Assembly: GCA_951406725.2 (NCBI GenBank)
Contig: OX597816.1
Location: forward strand, 143,840,001 to 143,904,000
Origin: Octopus vulgaris
Lineage: Eukaryota
DNA: 64,000 nucleotides
Direction: 5' to 3'
The notes below the pieces were generated by a model. It was not told where the DNA came from and did no database searches. It worked only from the letters and a program-made list of their open reading frames with translations. Below, one piece after another: positions 13,518-27,318 of the stretch. The stretch's first letter is position 1, and each line of letters begins with the position of its first letter. The position numbers and the translations under genes were made by a program.

Positions 13518-14229
13518 AACATGCGTATACTGTACATATATATGTATGAATATGACTTTAACATTAAAATTTAAGTAGGGATCATTAAAAATCTAAATCG
13601 AACTAATTAGTCGCTAAGTAAAGAACAATATTTGACAATGATTTATACCTTTTTTCTGTTTTTCAGCAAATTTCAGAGACAACTCTGAACATATTTTAGA
13701 ATTATCTCATCAGTGAAATATAGCTTTCACCGTATTTGCTGAGGTAATGATGAGAGACAGATACCGTGTAAAAGTACATAAGCGTACATTATATATTGTA
13801 TATCGTACAAAAGTACAGAAGCATAGAGGGAAACTTTTAGAAATTAAATAATTCAGAGACATCATCCACACAGAAAACAATACTTAAGTTAGCGTTAACT
13901 TATTGTTAATGCACAGCACATTAAACAGTAGCAGGAAATAACTGCTATATAAACAATCTTGTTGAAACATCTGGGTAGACTAGACTGGGTCTATGCTAAA
14001 TGAAATCTCGCTTAATTGAAATCACAATCCTTTATTATAATTTCACACAGTCATTCTAGGAATCATATACCCAAACTGGTTTAGAACAAAATTAGAAACA
14101 CTAATATAGAGCTAATTTATCTTTGCTGTGTAACAGTATGTATGTATGTATGGTGTTCTCTTTCTTATTTTAATTTAGAATAAATTTTGACCAATCTTCT
14201 TGGTAGCAAGGTTGTGAAGGAAAGTATCT

Positions 14230-14620
14230 TGTTTGGTTCATTACCCTTTAAATCTTCAGGTCTTGCAGATTTTTATAATCTCAGATATCCTCATTTGTAA
14301 TGTATGAATTATGGATTTGCGTCCTCTCCCCATGAATCTAAGTTCAGCCACACTTTGCTCCAAATGGGTTGATATGTACCCTGTTGCCGCAATAATAATA
14401 GGTATGAAAGTGAAAGTGTATCATGGATACTGAATGTGCAAACACTTTATCAATAGTCCACAGATGTCTTCTTTTCCTTGTATTTTTCTAACCACTGGCA
14501 TCCAGAGGGCTGTTGATTTCCACAACAGAACATATATTTTCTTTGTGGTCCCATGCAACGCTATCTGATCAGTTGCGTTTTTAACTTGGTGACTGCTTTA
14601 AATTTTAAGTTCCGCCAAAA
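14230..14620 (-). mobile_element. Degenerate RLE-type non-LTR retrotransposon 3' end (R4/NeSL/R2 group)
   Basis: Minus translation SDSVAWDHKENICSVVEINSPLD / RKIQGKEDICGLLIKCLHIQYP*YTFTFIPIIIAATGYI follows the RLE PD..E..P.D..K..K..IPIIIGAxG pattern. Confidence 0.7.
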
Positions 14621-15211
14621 TTTTTTTGACTCATCTATTGTAATTTAGTCAACTTCGTCTGTAGGTGTTTTTTTTTTGTTATCCTGTCCCAGACAATGTA
14701 TGTATGTATGTATGTATGTATGTATGTATGTATGTATGTATGTATGTATGTATGTATGTATGTATGTATGAATGCATGCATGTATGTACGTACGTACGTA
14801 TGTATGTTTGTATGTACTTATGTATGTATGTGTGCGTGTAATATATATATATATATATGTATGTGTATGTATATGTGTGTGTGTGTGTGCGCGCATGTAT
14901 GTGTATGTGAGCGTATCAGTGTCTTCTTTGCTAGAGATAAGGTAGGAAACTACTGTAATGATGACTCCTGCTGAGGGAGAAACATGTGATCAGAGCTATC
15001 CTTTTATCTCCAGAAAATATTGTCCTTAATAAGCCTATTTTTGAGAATTCATAGATTCTTCCAATTGGAATTTGGTTCCAAAATATCTTATTAAGCGATT
15101 GTTCTACCTTCTCTAGAAGCTGAGGTCATTTCAATAAAGCAGAAAACGTTGTTTGGTATTTAATATATCCTCATTTGTCTTTGCTTTATTCACATACACA
15201 CACACTCATCG

Positions 15212-15282
<71 letters not shown>

Positions 15283-15324
15283 CATACATACATACATATT
15301 ACATATATATATATACATATATAT

Positions 15325-16118
15325 AACTTAGAATAACTTAGAAAGGTTTTTGGCCAGTATTGGCCCAGGCCATGTCTAACTTAATAGCACCACCTGGCGA
15401 AGTCTTTCGGTTCAGGATTTGGGCACCAAGGCCCATTCGAGCAGAGAGTTATTGTTTGCGGAGACATATCCAGGTGTGGGTGGTTTGTCCGGTACTGTTT
15501 GAAGGAATTTGTCCAAAGACTTCTTGAATTTTGTGTGGTCACTTTCTTTTTTGACGTGTCCTGGTGTAATGTTGAAGAGAGCGGGTCCAATTGAGGTGAA
15601 ATAGTTGTGCCGTATTCTCGTTATGTGATGCGATTTAGATTTTTGTTGTGGACGGATGGCACGTGGTCCAAGCCTTGGATGCATTTTGAAGGTGATGCCA
15701 ACATCATTCGGACAGTGCTGATGGAATATTTTCCACATCATACAGATAATGTAGCGTTCACGGCGTCGTTGGAGTGAATACAATTTCAGCTTCTCTAGTC
15801 TACCCCAGTAGTCAAGGTCTGACATGCCATCTATCTTTTTTGTGATTGACCTTTGGGGAGCTTCAATTCTCATAATATTTTGTTTTGTGTAGGGAGACCA
15901 CAGTGGACAGCAGTATTCAAGGTGGGGTCGGGCAAAAGTGGAGAAGAGAAGGATAATAGCGTGGGAATCTCTCCACTGGAAGGTTCTGAGAATCCAGGAA
16001 CACATTCTGCGGGCCATGTCAACTTTGCTGCTTATATGTGTAGCCCAGCTTATGTTGTTGTCCACTGTTACTCCCAGGTCTCTGATGTTGTTGGATGCCA
16101 TGAGAATTTCTCCAGAAG
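15325..16118 (-). mobile_element. CR1-clade LINE, 5'-truncated 3' end of ORF2 plus 3' UTR
   Basis: Uninterrupted ~230 aa: IRDLGVTVDNNISWATHI...RPHLEYCCPLWSPY...LDYWGRLEKLKLYSLQRRRER; the ORF N-terminus is only microsatellite. Confidence 0.92.
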
Positions 16119-16163
16119 TATATATATATATATACATATATATATACATATATATGTATATAC

Positions 16164-16246
<83 letters not shown>

Positions 16247-16769
16247 TTTGTGTGTCTATACATAAAACAAGTAACATTGAGCAGTATGATATAGATTTCC
16301 TTCTAACAAAGTTATTTTTCATAAAAATCTGGAATAAATAGAAACGAAATAAAGTAAGTCAAACTATATATTGTATTGACTTCCAAACAAAGGTACAAAT
16401 GAAAAGATGGTGGCTGGAGTAAGGTGAGACTTAAAAAAAGCAATACAAATCTTGAATGTTCTATTTTTTTCTGCTTTTGTCGTCTACACTCATGATTAAG
16501 TTTCATTTTATTCCTAGGTATTCTTTTACTATTTCTACCCAGTGTAAAATACACCTGTCTTTTCCTCCCACCTGTATACAATGAATCTTAACACTGTGAT
16601 AATGAATGGAAGTCTAATTCATTCAACTTCAGCTATTTCACAGTAAAGTAGCTTGTTTACCTGCTCACATCCCAGACATAGACACATACAACCATATACA
16701 CACAGACAGATATATTGAAACGTGTAAATATACACTACATATACACAATTGTCATTGTTATTATTTTCC

Positions 16770-17375
16770 GGGGTTGGTAAAATCAGTAGAGCACCGAACA
16801 AAAGAACTGTTATTTTGTGACGTATCTTTACGGTCTGATTTGAAACAACGCCAGTTCGGACATAGCTTTTATGATTCAATAAGAGTCAATAAAATATGTG
16901 CCTGTCAAATAATCAACTATTACCTCCCAACATATGTGTGGACTTCGTAAAACGTATTATTATTATAAGATGGCAGAAGAGGTAGAGTGATCTGGCTCTT
17001 TACGCTTTTAGTTCAAATCCCGACGGCAATCATTGTTATTCATCCCTCCGATGCCGATAAAATAAAGAACCAGTCACACACTGAGACCGATGCAATCGAT
17101 TTACCCTTCCACTCGGAAGTGCTGACTTTGCGTCAAAGTTAGAAAGAGTAATGCGGTGAGCTGGCAGAATTGTTATCACTTCGAACGAAATGCTTAACGG
17201 CATTTCGTCTTCAGCTCTTTACGTTCAGAATTCAAATTCCACCAATGTCGACATTGCCTGTATACTTTCGGGTTGATAAAGTACCAGAGTCGATATAATA
17301 CTGGAGTCGATATAATAGATTTGACTCTCGCCTCAAAACTGTTGGCCTTATGCCAAAATTAGAAAGAAATATTAT
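16770..17375 (+). mobile_element. Three tandem degenerate SINE family B copies
   Basis: Repeated heads (GGTAAAATCAGTAGAGC / GGCAGAAGAGGTAGAG / GAGCTGGCAGAATTGTT) with GTTCAAAT-like B-boxes and GATAAAATAA-like cores. Confidence 0.65.
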
Positions 17376-17389
17376 TTCTCAAGGCTCGT

Positions 17390-18710
17390 TTTAAAAAGTT
17401 GGAGTGTTGCAATGTACAGTGATATTTGTTCGGTGGCCAGAGTAAATGGCCATCTATCGGAACCGTTCAGTATCATACATTCGGATCGCTAAGGGTACCC
17501 ATTTCCTTTCTTTCTACTTACTGACTCGAAAGCCATTTCTGAAGAAGCAGCCGGTTTGGAGGAGTATCCACGAGAATTAGGATGCTGGAGATCCGTGTTA
17601 GCATATGCGAACGACATCACCGTTAGCGTGTCAGACACCAAAAGCATCGAGATGACCTACACTGCTTCAAAAGAGTACAAAACTTTGACAAGAGCAAAAG
17701 TTAACCAAAAGTCATTAAACCTGAAGCTAGGCACCTGGAAAGGTAGATCCGAGCCATCCAGCATCGACGTGAAACACCGAACGGACGGACCCGTCAAATT
17801 GCTTATGGTTTGGTTTAGTTTGGTTTGGTCTAGGTGGACGAGACGCGCAGGATAGCTAGTCTTACTCAGAATACGGATCGGGCAGAGGTGATCAATGTCT
17901 TCATCGTATCCGTCATAAGCTATCCGTCGTACTTTATCTTGTTTCATGGCTGACCAGAATGGAATGCTTGCTCTTCCACTTCTTTTGAAGGGGATGCGTT
18001 CCACTATTTAGATGGCCCATTTGCTGTCAATTTCTACTGCATGGCGGACTGGGTATGCCGTTGTAGATGATGCACTGTCATGCGCTATTGCTATGAAATC
18101 TCCAGTGCTTTCTTGACAGGAAGGGCCGCTCGCCGTTTACTAGACGCTCTTTTCAGCAACACGTCTCTTTGACAGAGCTACTGTTCTAGATCAAGAAAGG
18201 CGGCATGGTATCTAGCCGTCAGCCCTCTGCCACTTGAGCAATGCGGTCGGTTGATATTCCACCATGGCGTTCTATAGAGAGTTAGCGGTAGGTAAGAGCG
18301 ACACCGTCCTCCGTCCTCCAGGAAACTCTAGGCGTTGAGAAAAATCTATTGGCTGGTCTTCTACGGAGAACTTTTGGACCGGGATCCATGGAGGATTTCC
18401 AGAAATACTTGACTTGGCAGAGTTACCGGTAGGAGCGAAGCATCACTGGTTCGGTATAAACTGTACAGACATGGTTGTGCCGTCAGCCGTGCCCGCTCGA
18501 GATGAGCGCAGGGCGACGAAACTCTCTTGCACACCATCGAAAAATCATCGATGACTTGTGGAGTTATGTCGAACAGCTGCTATCATGTTTAGAGCAGTTT
18601 CAGTTATCAGCCGACTCCACTGACTTCTTTTGGCTGGGAAGAACAAGCAGTTTTCCTATGTCTGGTGGTTATGGCAAAACAAGCTGTGTGGTGAGGTCTA
18701 TTGATTAATT
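17390..18710 (+). mobile_element. Tx1/L1-clade LINE RT and C-terminal region, degenerate (related to 9100-10520)
   Basis: SVLAYANDITVSVSD...KEYKTLTRAKVNQKSLNLKLGTWKGRS; GGxGMP; LWSYVEQLLS. Confidence 0.8.
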
Positions 18711-20022
18711 CATATCGCAAACTCTTCATTTTTATGCAAATTAAGCAAAATAATTTACTTCTGTCTAAGTATGTGTATATTATAAAAATATCTATAAGCT
18801 GCTAGTCTCTCCAAGGACAGGGAAAAGCAACAGATCACTGATGAAGCTTTAATAAATACTAAAACTGGTAATATCGATATCTTTTCCTGACTACAGAGAG
18901 GAAACAAGCGATTTAATGAGTGTCTACACTTCTCAGCAAAGCTAAATGTGTGTTTACTAAATAAATAAATTAAATAAAAACATCTGAAGTTTAGATTATA
19001 CTTCTCTTTTCCCATTCCCGCTCTCTCAATGTATGTATGCATGCATGTATGTGTGTGTGTGTGTGTGTGTGTATGGGGTGGTGTACAATTTTATTATTTT
19101 ATAACTGTAGAATCTACAAATGCACAATTTATTTCTCATAACCAAATTTTATCATGGCATTAATGAGGAATTAAAAGTTGTGCTTATATAATCATGTTAT
19201 GAAAGGGATGCAAGAGAACGAGGCATATGGACATTGAGAGAAGGATGATTGTAAAGGGGTATATGAGATTATACTTTGGTATTGCCTGTACGTGCTATTT
19301 CAAAGAAAACAAAGAATTCTATTTATAGTTTTGTGGAGCAGTGTAGGTGGCAAATTACGTCTACTTTATGGGCATCTTAATTTTATGATTAAAAAGTAGT
19401 ATTCCGTTGAGGCCAAAGTTGTAAGTGGATAAAAAGATTCGTGTATATATTTAGGTTATTTTCTGGCTATTTGCGTGATCCAACAACTATGAAATGCAGC
19501 TTACAGTTTATCTGAGACTTGGCAGGAGAGCACAATGAAAGATGTAGTAGTGATATGTAAATATAACTCTTTTATATTTTAATTCTATCTATTTAGTTTA
19601 TTGTCTATTCCATTAAATGTTGTGTTTATTTGAGTATAATTTAGGAAAAGGAGAGGAGCGAAACGTGTTGATAGAGGTGGTAGTTACATGCTGTTATTAT
19701 TGTCTGAATCCATATAATTCTAACGAATGTCTTAGGAATTCATTCGGTAATTTAGTGAATGGGAGGATGTAGTAACTACTAATTTAATAATGTTTATTAA
19801 GAGAAGTGAATGCGTTCGTTGTGCAAGCAATTCATAAAAAAACAATCGTGATTAACGCGTGATTAATATGCTTAGTTCAAGAGTGTTACGAGAGATACTG
19901 AAAAGTTTGTTTATGTAACTGAGGAGTTATAAAATGCAAAAAAGTGACTAGATGATTCATTTTTGTGTGTTTATTTGTAACTTGACGTAAGAATTATAAA
20001 TAAAATATTAAGTTGTAAGCAT

Positions 20023-20081
<59 letters not shown>

Positions 20082-20438
20082 CATTGAGTGTTCTTTTAAA
20101 TACTGTTCTGTTGGCACTAATTTTACGGCGTTAATATTGATCGTTTCATTATATAGTTATATGATGAAAGTTGTTTTAATTATATTTATTTCATCCGGAA
20201 GTAGTTTTTAGGTTTCATTTTTTTTAAGCGTTTTTCAGTGGGTGCATTGTTCACGAGAGTTGATTGAAATCAATGACAATGCACTTGGTAGTTCAGCATT
20301 GACGTTTGTAGATTCATAAATGCACGTGCTAACTCTTACACGCACACCTGCATCCACATCCTTCTCATGCATACATATAGGCATAATATATATTTGAAGG
20401 AAGCTAAAAAAATCGAAAATATAAACAGAATATAAATA

Positions 20439-21431
20439 TTGGGTTGGCAACTAATTTCCCGCCGTTTTTTTAAAATTTAAATTTAAAAAAAAAGGTTTAA
20501 TGAAAAATGACTAATTAATCAGTAATGTTTTCACCCTTGTTGTTTACAACTTCTTCCCAACGTTCAACAAGCTTTTCAATACCTCGTTGGTAGAAATCAC
20601 TCGATTCCGATTCAAAAAATTGATCCAGCCAAGCTTTCAATTCTGCATTAGTATTGAACGAAACTCCGCGCATAGCATTTAAAAGAGATCGAAAGAGGTG
20701 GAAATCTGTTGGTGCCAAATCAGGAGAGTACGGCGGGTGTGGTAGCACTTCCTAGCCATGTGTTTGAATGGCTTCCTTGGTCATATTGGCGCTATGAGAG
20801 CAGATGTTGTGCAGCAGAAGAACTCCATGCTGCCGATTAGGTCTTTTCTCTTTAATAGCCGTGTTGAGTCGTTCCATCAGTTGCACATAGAGTTTCGCTT
20901 TGACCGTTTGGTTCCGTTCAAGCAATTCGTAATGTGTAATCCCTTCCCAGTCCCACCATACGCACATCATTTTACGCGGACGAAGATCTTGTTTCGCACG
21001 CGGTGTCGCTTGTTAACCGGAGCTAAGCCATTCTTCACGCTGCTTCATATTGATGTACAAGCACCATTTTTCGTCGCCAGTAACGATTCGGTAAAGAAAT
21101 CGTTACTTGTGTCCATGAGTTGAGCGGTGACGAGCAAGCAAACCAGCGGAGATTGTGGCCCGTTGATTTTTGTTGTTGTCGCTTAAAGCATGCGGAGCCC
21201 ATGCTCCATACTTCTGAACCTTTCCCATCGAGTGAAAATGCTTCTCTATAACAGTGGAGCATTCCATTTCCTCTGCCAATTCCCTTGTCGTTTGACGAGA
21301 ATTTTCGTGCAAAATTTGGTTTAATCGCTCTTCATCGAACTCAACTGGACGGCCAGAACGAGGTGCGTCTTTGAAGTCAAAATTTCCATTTCTGAACTTG
21401 GCATACCAATCACGAGCGGTTCTTTTAGCTC
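20439..21431 (-). mobile_element. Mariner (DD34D) transposon, 5'-truncated, transposase pseudogene
   Basis: PHPPYSPDLAPTDFHLFRSL, CVWWDWEGI, IVTGDEKW, WAPHALS and HTH TTRELAEEM motifs; 3' TIR next to TA at 20437-20438; frameshifts and stops. Confidence 0.95.
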
Positions 21432-21606
21432 GTTGAATAAATTTGAAGGTTTAGACGTGTTGATCAGGAGTTTTTACTTGTGTACATTCATGATTATTCT
21501 TGGGGTGCTGTGTAAGGTTTTAAATATTTGTAGGGTTTGAGAGTTTCAGGTTAGCAGGATGATGACTTTTCGGAGAATTTGTGTGTGTGTGTGCGCGCAC
21601 ACACAC

Positions 21607-21690
<84 letters not shown>

Positions 21691-22079
21691 ATCTTGATAT
21701 TCTTTTAGATTATAATACTGCCAATGCTTTCATCCTTTGGTGGATGGATTTTAATCCACATTAATTTGTTTGCTAAATTCAGAACAGCGATATAAACTTT
21801 TCGTTATTCTGTTGAAATATGAGTCAAGCATTCTCATGAGCTCTTATGTTTGTATTACACTATTTATATCATCTCATCTTGAGTATTCAAACGCCTGTGC
21901 TTGCATGTTTGTGTGTCTCTGTGGTTCTGAAGTACTTACAATATCTGCGCACGTTGTAGTTATAACATGCTTCTTGGGAATAAAATACTTCAAATTTAAA
22001 CTCCATTGTCTTGCTAGTATGACTTCGTCTCACACACTTTGCCTGTCTTCATCCATGGGTCAAATAGTCTCAGTATGGA

Positions 22080-22445
22080 AGTAGAGGTATCGCACATCTG
22101 TAACAATGTAATACCGCAATTTCTGTACTTTCCAACACAAGAAATGTATAGTATATACGGGAGTAGTCACCGTTCATGACAGCAGCCCTTCTTGAATTGC
22201 TTCGTAATTAGTCAGGGATTTCATTGATCACTGGTGACTGAGAAATTTCTTGGGGCCACAGACGGTGGACCACTGATTGCAGCGGTCAGAGTATAACACA
22301 CTGAAATGTCGCCACCTAAGTAGCTCCAGACACAAGGAAAATGTAGTATACACGAGAGCGGTTGTGATATGTCCATCCCCTGCATGGATGCGTCCAGTCC
22401 AGAAGTGTTGCATGGGCGAAGGCAATGATTTCATTGAACACCTTT
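22080..22445 (-). mobile_element. Possible highly decayed LINE APE-endonuclease fragment with internal ~200-bp duplication
   Basis: LLDWTHPCRGWTYHNRSRVYYIFLVS then (other frame) VLYSDR resemble LxDxW..HP..TW..SRIDYIFV..SDH; second copy YSRIYYTFLV. Confidence 0.35.
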
Positions 22446-22594
22446 GAAAAAATACGATAACTTAAGACATCTTCCTCTACTTATTTATATTATTTATTTC
22501 TTTATGTCTTTCTCTTTTTTGTTATTTATTAGCAATTATAACTTATTTTTGTGAGTAGCTGCAAGATTGCCGTCTAATTTGACGGACGAACTAT

Positions 22595-22763
22595 GCATGC
22601 ATGTATGTATGTATGTATGTATGTATGTATGTATGTATGTATGTATGTATGTATGTATGTATGTATGTATGTATGTATGTATGTATGTATGTATGTATGT
22701 ATGTATGTATGTATGTATGTGTGTATATATGTATGTATGTATGAATGAATGTATGTATGTATG

Positions 22764-22797
<34 letters not shown>

Positions 22798-22939
22798 TGT
22801 ATGTATGTATGTATGTATGTATGTGTGTGTGTATGTATGTATGTATGAATGAATGTATGTATGTATGTATATATGTATGTATGTATGTATGCATGTATGT
22901 ATGTATGTATGTATGTACGTACGTACGTACGCATGCATG

Positions 22940-22970
<31 letters not shown>

Positions 22971-23280
22971 ATATGTATGTATGTATGTATGTATGCATGT
23001 ATGTATGTATGTACGTTATATGTATGTACGTACGGATGCATGCATGCATGCAAGCATACGTATATACGTATGTTCAAGTATTCAAGGAATACAGCTTTTA
23101 ACAAAGTAAACAAGTTATATACGTATGTTTGAATGTATGTATATGCGTATGTACGCATGTATGTATGTAAGTAGTACGTACGTACGTACGTATGCATGTA
23201 TGTACGTATGTACGTATGCATGCTTGTGTATATATAAGTATTAAGTGCGTACGTATGAATGACTATACGTATACATTTGT
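22595..23280. repeat. Long (TATG)n tetranucleotide microsatellite with decayed flanks
   Basis: Direct inspection. Confidence 0.95.
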
Positions 23281-23477
23281 GCGCGTTTGTCACTGTAAGA
23301 GCTGTGTGTGTATGAGCGCGTGTATGTGAGTGTGGATGTGTGCGTGCTTCCCTTACGTATTCATGTCACTCAGAAATGTAAGGATGGTTTATATGGCGAT
23401 ATATAAATGAAAGTCAACAATGAACTGTTCATACAATTGATTGTCTACTTCCGCTGTATTTTTACACATATATATTC

Positions 23478-23855
23478 TCGTTTCTCGTTTACTTGTTTCA
23501 GTCATTTGACTGCGGCCATGCTGGAGCACCGCTTTTAATCGAGCAACTCGACCCCGGGACTTATTCTTTGTAAGCCCAGTACTTATTCTATCGATCTCTT
23601 TTTGCCGAACCGCTAAGTGACGGGGACATAAACACACCAGCATCGGTTGTCAAGCAATGCTAGGAGGACATATATATACATACATATATACGACAGGCTT
23701 CTTTCAGTTTCCGTCTACCAAATCCACTCACAAGGCATTGATCGGGCCGAGGCTATAGCAGAAGACACTTGCCCAAGATGCCACGGAGTGGGACTGAACC
23801 CGGAACCATGTGGTTGATAAGCAAGCTACTTACCACACAGCCACTCCTGCGCCTA
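23478..23855 (-). mobile_element. SINE family A, full length
   Basis: Tail, body and tRNA-like head nearly identical to 4333-4888. Confidence 0.9.
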
Positions 23856-24455
23856 TTTTCACTAAAAAACAACGAACATTATATTTTCACTGCATATTGT
23901 TTTATTTTTGTCTCCACATTCTTGTTAGCCGTAATACTGAGTAAAGAAAATCATGAATAAATAAAATAAAATAAAATAAAATAAAATAAAATAATTAAAA
24001 TGACAAATAAACGAAAAAGTTACAAAAACAAAATTTTCCCTTCATGTATGTATATTCTGTTTTATAGACGCACAACTATCATCACCGATACTAGATCCAA
24101 TCACCGCCAATAACCACAACAGCAAAACCCTGTATTCACGACTCTACTAACACCGCAACCACCACCACCACCAACACTGCAAACTATAAACCAATCAACA
24201 TCACAACCATGCCTGTTATCACTCACCATCACCACAACTACACGCCTCCTCCTCCCAGTCATCATCGTCATCATCATTAGTAGCTGCCGCAACAGCAACA
24301 GTAGCAGCGTCGCATCATTGCCGGATAATCTCCACTTGAAGTTAAACGTGCGTAAACAAGGGCGGATAAAATCCAGTTGAAGTAACGTCAAAAGTGGGGA
24401 AAAACAAAATCTACTCTCGTCAGGGAAATACTCTTTTCATAAAGTAGAAATACGC

Positions 24456-24483
<28 letters not shown>

Positions 24484-24486
<3 letters not shown>

Positions 24487-25040
24487 GCCCTGATGCAGTA
24501 CCAGGCAGAGGCTCTCATGGCTTCTGATCTTAACTGATTGGAAGTGTTATCATGTACATTGTTTTGTCTTGGTATAAAAGATGGGCTACAGCAAATATTC
24601 TGCTCAATACCACAGATTTGCTTGTCAGTTGTTTGACCTTAACCAGTTGAGTATGTCCCTTAGTGGCTGATGATATGTGCATCTCTGATCATGAGCAGAA
24701 GTAGTGGGGGAGCATCATAGCCATGTGTTGAGAGGGATTCTTTGGGGTTTGAATAGTTCACCTCTGGAAACATGGATGGTTCTTTCAACATCCTTAAACA
24801 ACCCTTATTCAGGGACCGTTTGAGCGGGATGGGTTACCTGACCAGAAGAAAATTCTAACTGGGCCCCACCTGCAAGGTCATGTGCTGTTTATCTTGATAT
24901 GAGATCGCCATGTCGCGCACATATGGTTGTGATGCATGTGCCTGGTGTACCTTTATCAGACGAGTAGTCATGATGGGTATATTGGGCTTCGTATATTTTA
25001 CCCCAGTGTCACTTTGATGGCATGAACTGCTCTCTCACTC
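24484..25040. mobile_element. ~560-bp non-coding element embedded in (TAA)n, copy 1
   Basis: AAATGCCCTGATGCAGTACCAGG...CTCTCTCACTC bounded by (TAA)n on both sides; near-identical to 25145-25706. Confidence 0.85.
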
Positions 25041-25082
25041 AATAATAATAATAATAATATTATAATAATAATAATAATAATG

Positions 25083-25144
<62 letters not shown>

Positions 25145-25148
<4 letters not shown>

Positions 25149-25706
25149 GCCCTGATGCAGTACCAGGCAGTGGCTTTCATGGCTTCTGATCTTAATTGAT
25201 TGGAAGTGATATCATGTACATTGTTTTGTCTTGGTGTAAAAGATGGGCTACAGCAAATATTCTGCTCAATACCACAGATTTGCTTGTCAGTTGTTTGTCC
25301 TTAACCAGTTGAGCATGTCCCTTAGTGGCTGACGATATGTGCATCTCTGACCATGAAGAGAAATAGTGGGGGAGCATCATAGCCGTGTGTTGTGAGGGAT
25401 TTTTTGGGGTTTGAATTATTCACCTCTGGAAACATGGGTGTTTCATTCAACATCCTTGAATAACCCTTATTCAGAGACCTTTTGAGCGGGATGGGTTACC
25501 TGACCAGAAGAAAATTCTAACTGGGCCCCACCTGCAAGGTCATGTGCTGTATATCTTGATATGAGATCGCCATGTCGCGCACACATGGTTGTGATGCATG
25601 TGCCTAGTGTACCCTTATCAGACGAGTAGTCATGATGTGTATACTGGGTTTTGTATATTTTACCCCAGTGTCACTTTGATGGCATGTACTGCTCTCTCAC
25701 TCACTC
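25145..25706. mobile_element. ~560-bp non-coding element embedded in (TAA)n, copy 2
   Basis: Direct repeat of 24484-25040 with scattered substitutions; (TAA)n on both sides. Confidence 0.85.
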
Positions 25707-25804
<98 letters not shown>

Positions 25805-27128
25805 TAATAACAAGGCTAGACATTTCTAAAGAGCGGGGGGTGGGTTATAAAAATTATTAATAGGGCATACTTTATCGACCTTGGCGATAAAGAATATCTG
25901 TAGATCTTTTCCTGGCGGCAAAGTGGCAAAGCGGTTACAAAAATGGACAAAGAAATTTGTACTGTTTATTCCAGTTCCTTGTACTCTTAGTTCCGACACA
26001 TTCTACCAGTGTCCGAAGTTTGAAATTGTTTAGTTACAAAAAATCATTTTTTAAATCTGTCGGTCAAAAGGTAAAGATCCTAAAAAAGTTGTTCCCTAAT
26101 TGCTTTTCTTGGCAAGATTCAATCATTAACACATGGGTTTTCTCTTCATTATGAGTGGAATTTTATATTACACATTCCTTTGCACACTATATTACATACG
26201 TTATCTCCTGTTAACTAGAATTGCAATAACACTCATTTCCATTTCCAGTACAGACGCAAGACCACACAAAGATCTGAAGTTGACTTAAATAACCCCATTA
26301 TTTAATTAATTGGTACTTATGGAGTCCCTTAATGAGTAAATTGCAATGTCTAGAGGCAGTATGATTCAAACTCAAGACGTAAAGCGCAGAAATAATCACC
26401 ACAAAACATTTTGTTCGATGCACTAAGCGATTCTAACAACCCAGTCCCTTTAGTAATTGCTTCTGTAATAGATACAAGATCTGAAATTGTGTACAAGGGG
26501 TTAATCAGTAATACTTGTCTTCGCACCTTGACCGTTCTTTAGTTTGTCGATCTAGAAGGGAAGAAACACAAAATTAATTTCGGCAGGATTTGAACGCGGA
26601 ACGTAAAGTGCCGGAATAATGATGAGAAAAAGGAGAAGGAGGAGGAAGAGGGAAAGGAGGAGGAGAAGGTGAGGAGGTGAAGAATGACGACGACGCGGAC
26701 GACAAGAACGGGGGACAACAGCGACAAAAACAGCAATTTTAGCTATTATAAGCAATTATAACCTTTATCATTCATGCATACGAAATATGAAACGCTTAAG
26801 CTGGTGGTCTACAAAAACGTGTGATTTAGGGCGGACAAAGTTGAATAAAAAAAAAGGCATGGGGAGCATAAAACGAAGACACTTAAAAAAAAAAGATTGT
26901 GCAAAATTAGAGACATATAATAAATAACTATAAAAGAAGAAATGTTCTAAATGCAGATGACTTGAGAAAGAACTGATGCCCTGCTTTAGTGTTTGATAAT
27001 CTAGTATTATTTGAAGTTTTTCTCCATTCCGGCTCTATTTGGACTTTCAATCGATTCTAAATCTCATATGGCCATCATCATCGTCATCTTGAGTAGAGGG
27101 AATCTTCTCGCATTCTTTAGTTGTCTTC

Positions 27129-27318
27129 AAGGGTGTTTAGCCCTTTGTGGGTAGTAAGAAATAGGTATTTCGTTCTGAGTTCAAATTCCGCTGAGCTCAA
27201 CTTTACCTTTCATCTTTTCGGAGTCAATAAATTATGTAGCAGTTGCGTACTGGGGTCGATCTAATCTACTAGCCTCCTCCCCCAAAATTTCGGGCTTTAT
27301 GTCTAAGGTAGAAAAAAG
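27129..27318 (+). mobile_element. SINE family B insertion with 17-bp target-site duplication
   Basis: TSD ATTCTTTAGTTGTCTTC (27112-27128) and ATTCTTTGGTTGTCTTC (27319-27335). Confidence 0.85.

Noticed and set aside
22230-22290. PPSVAPRNFSVTS resembling the start of a fibronectin type III domain (minus strand)
   Set aside because: Followed at once by stops, with no downstream FN3 Trp/Tyr pattern or splice donor; likely chance
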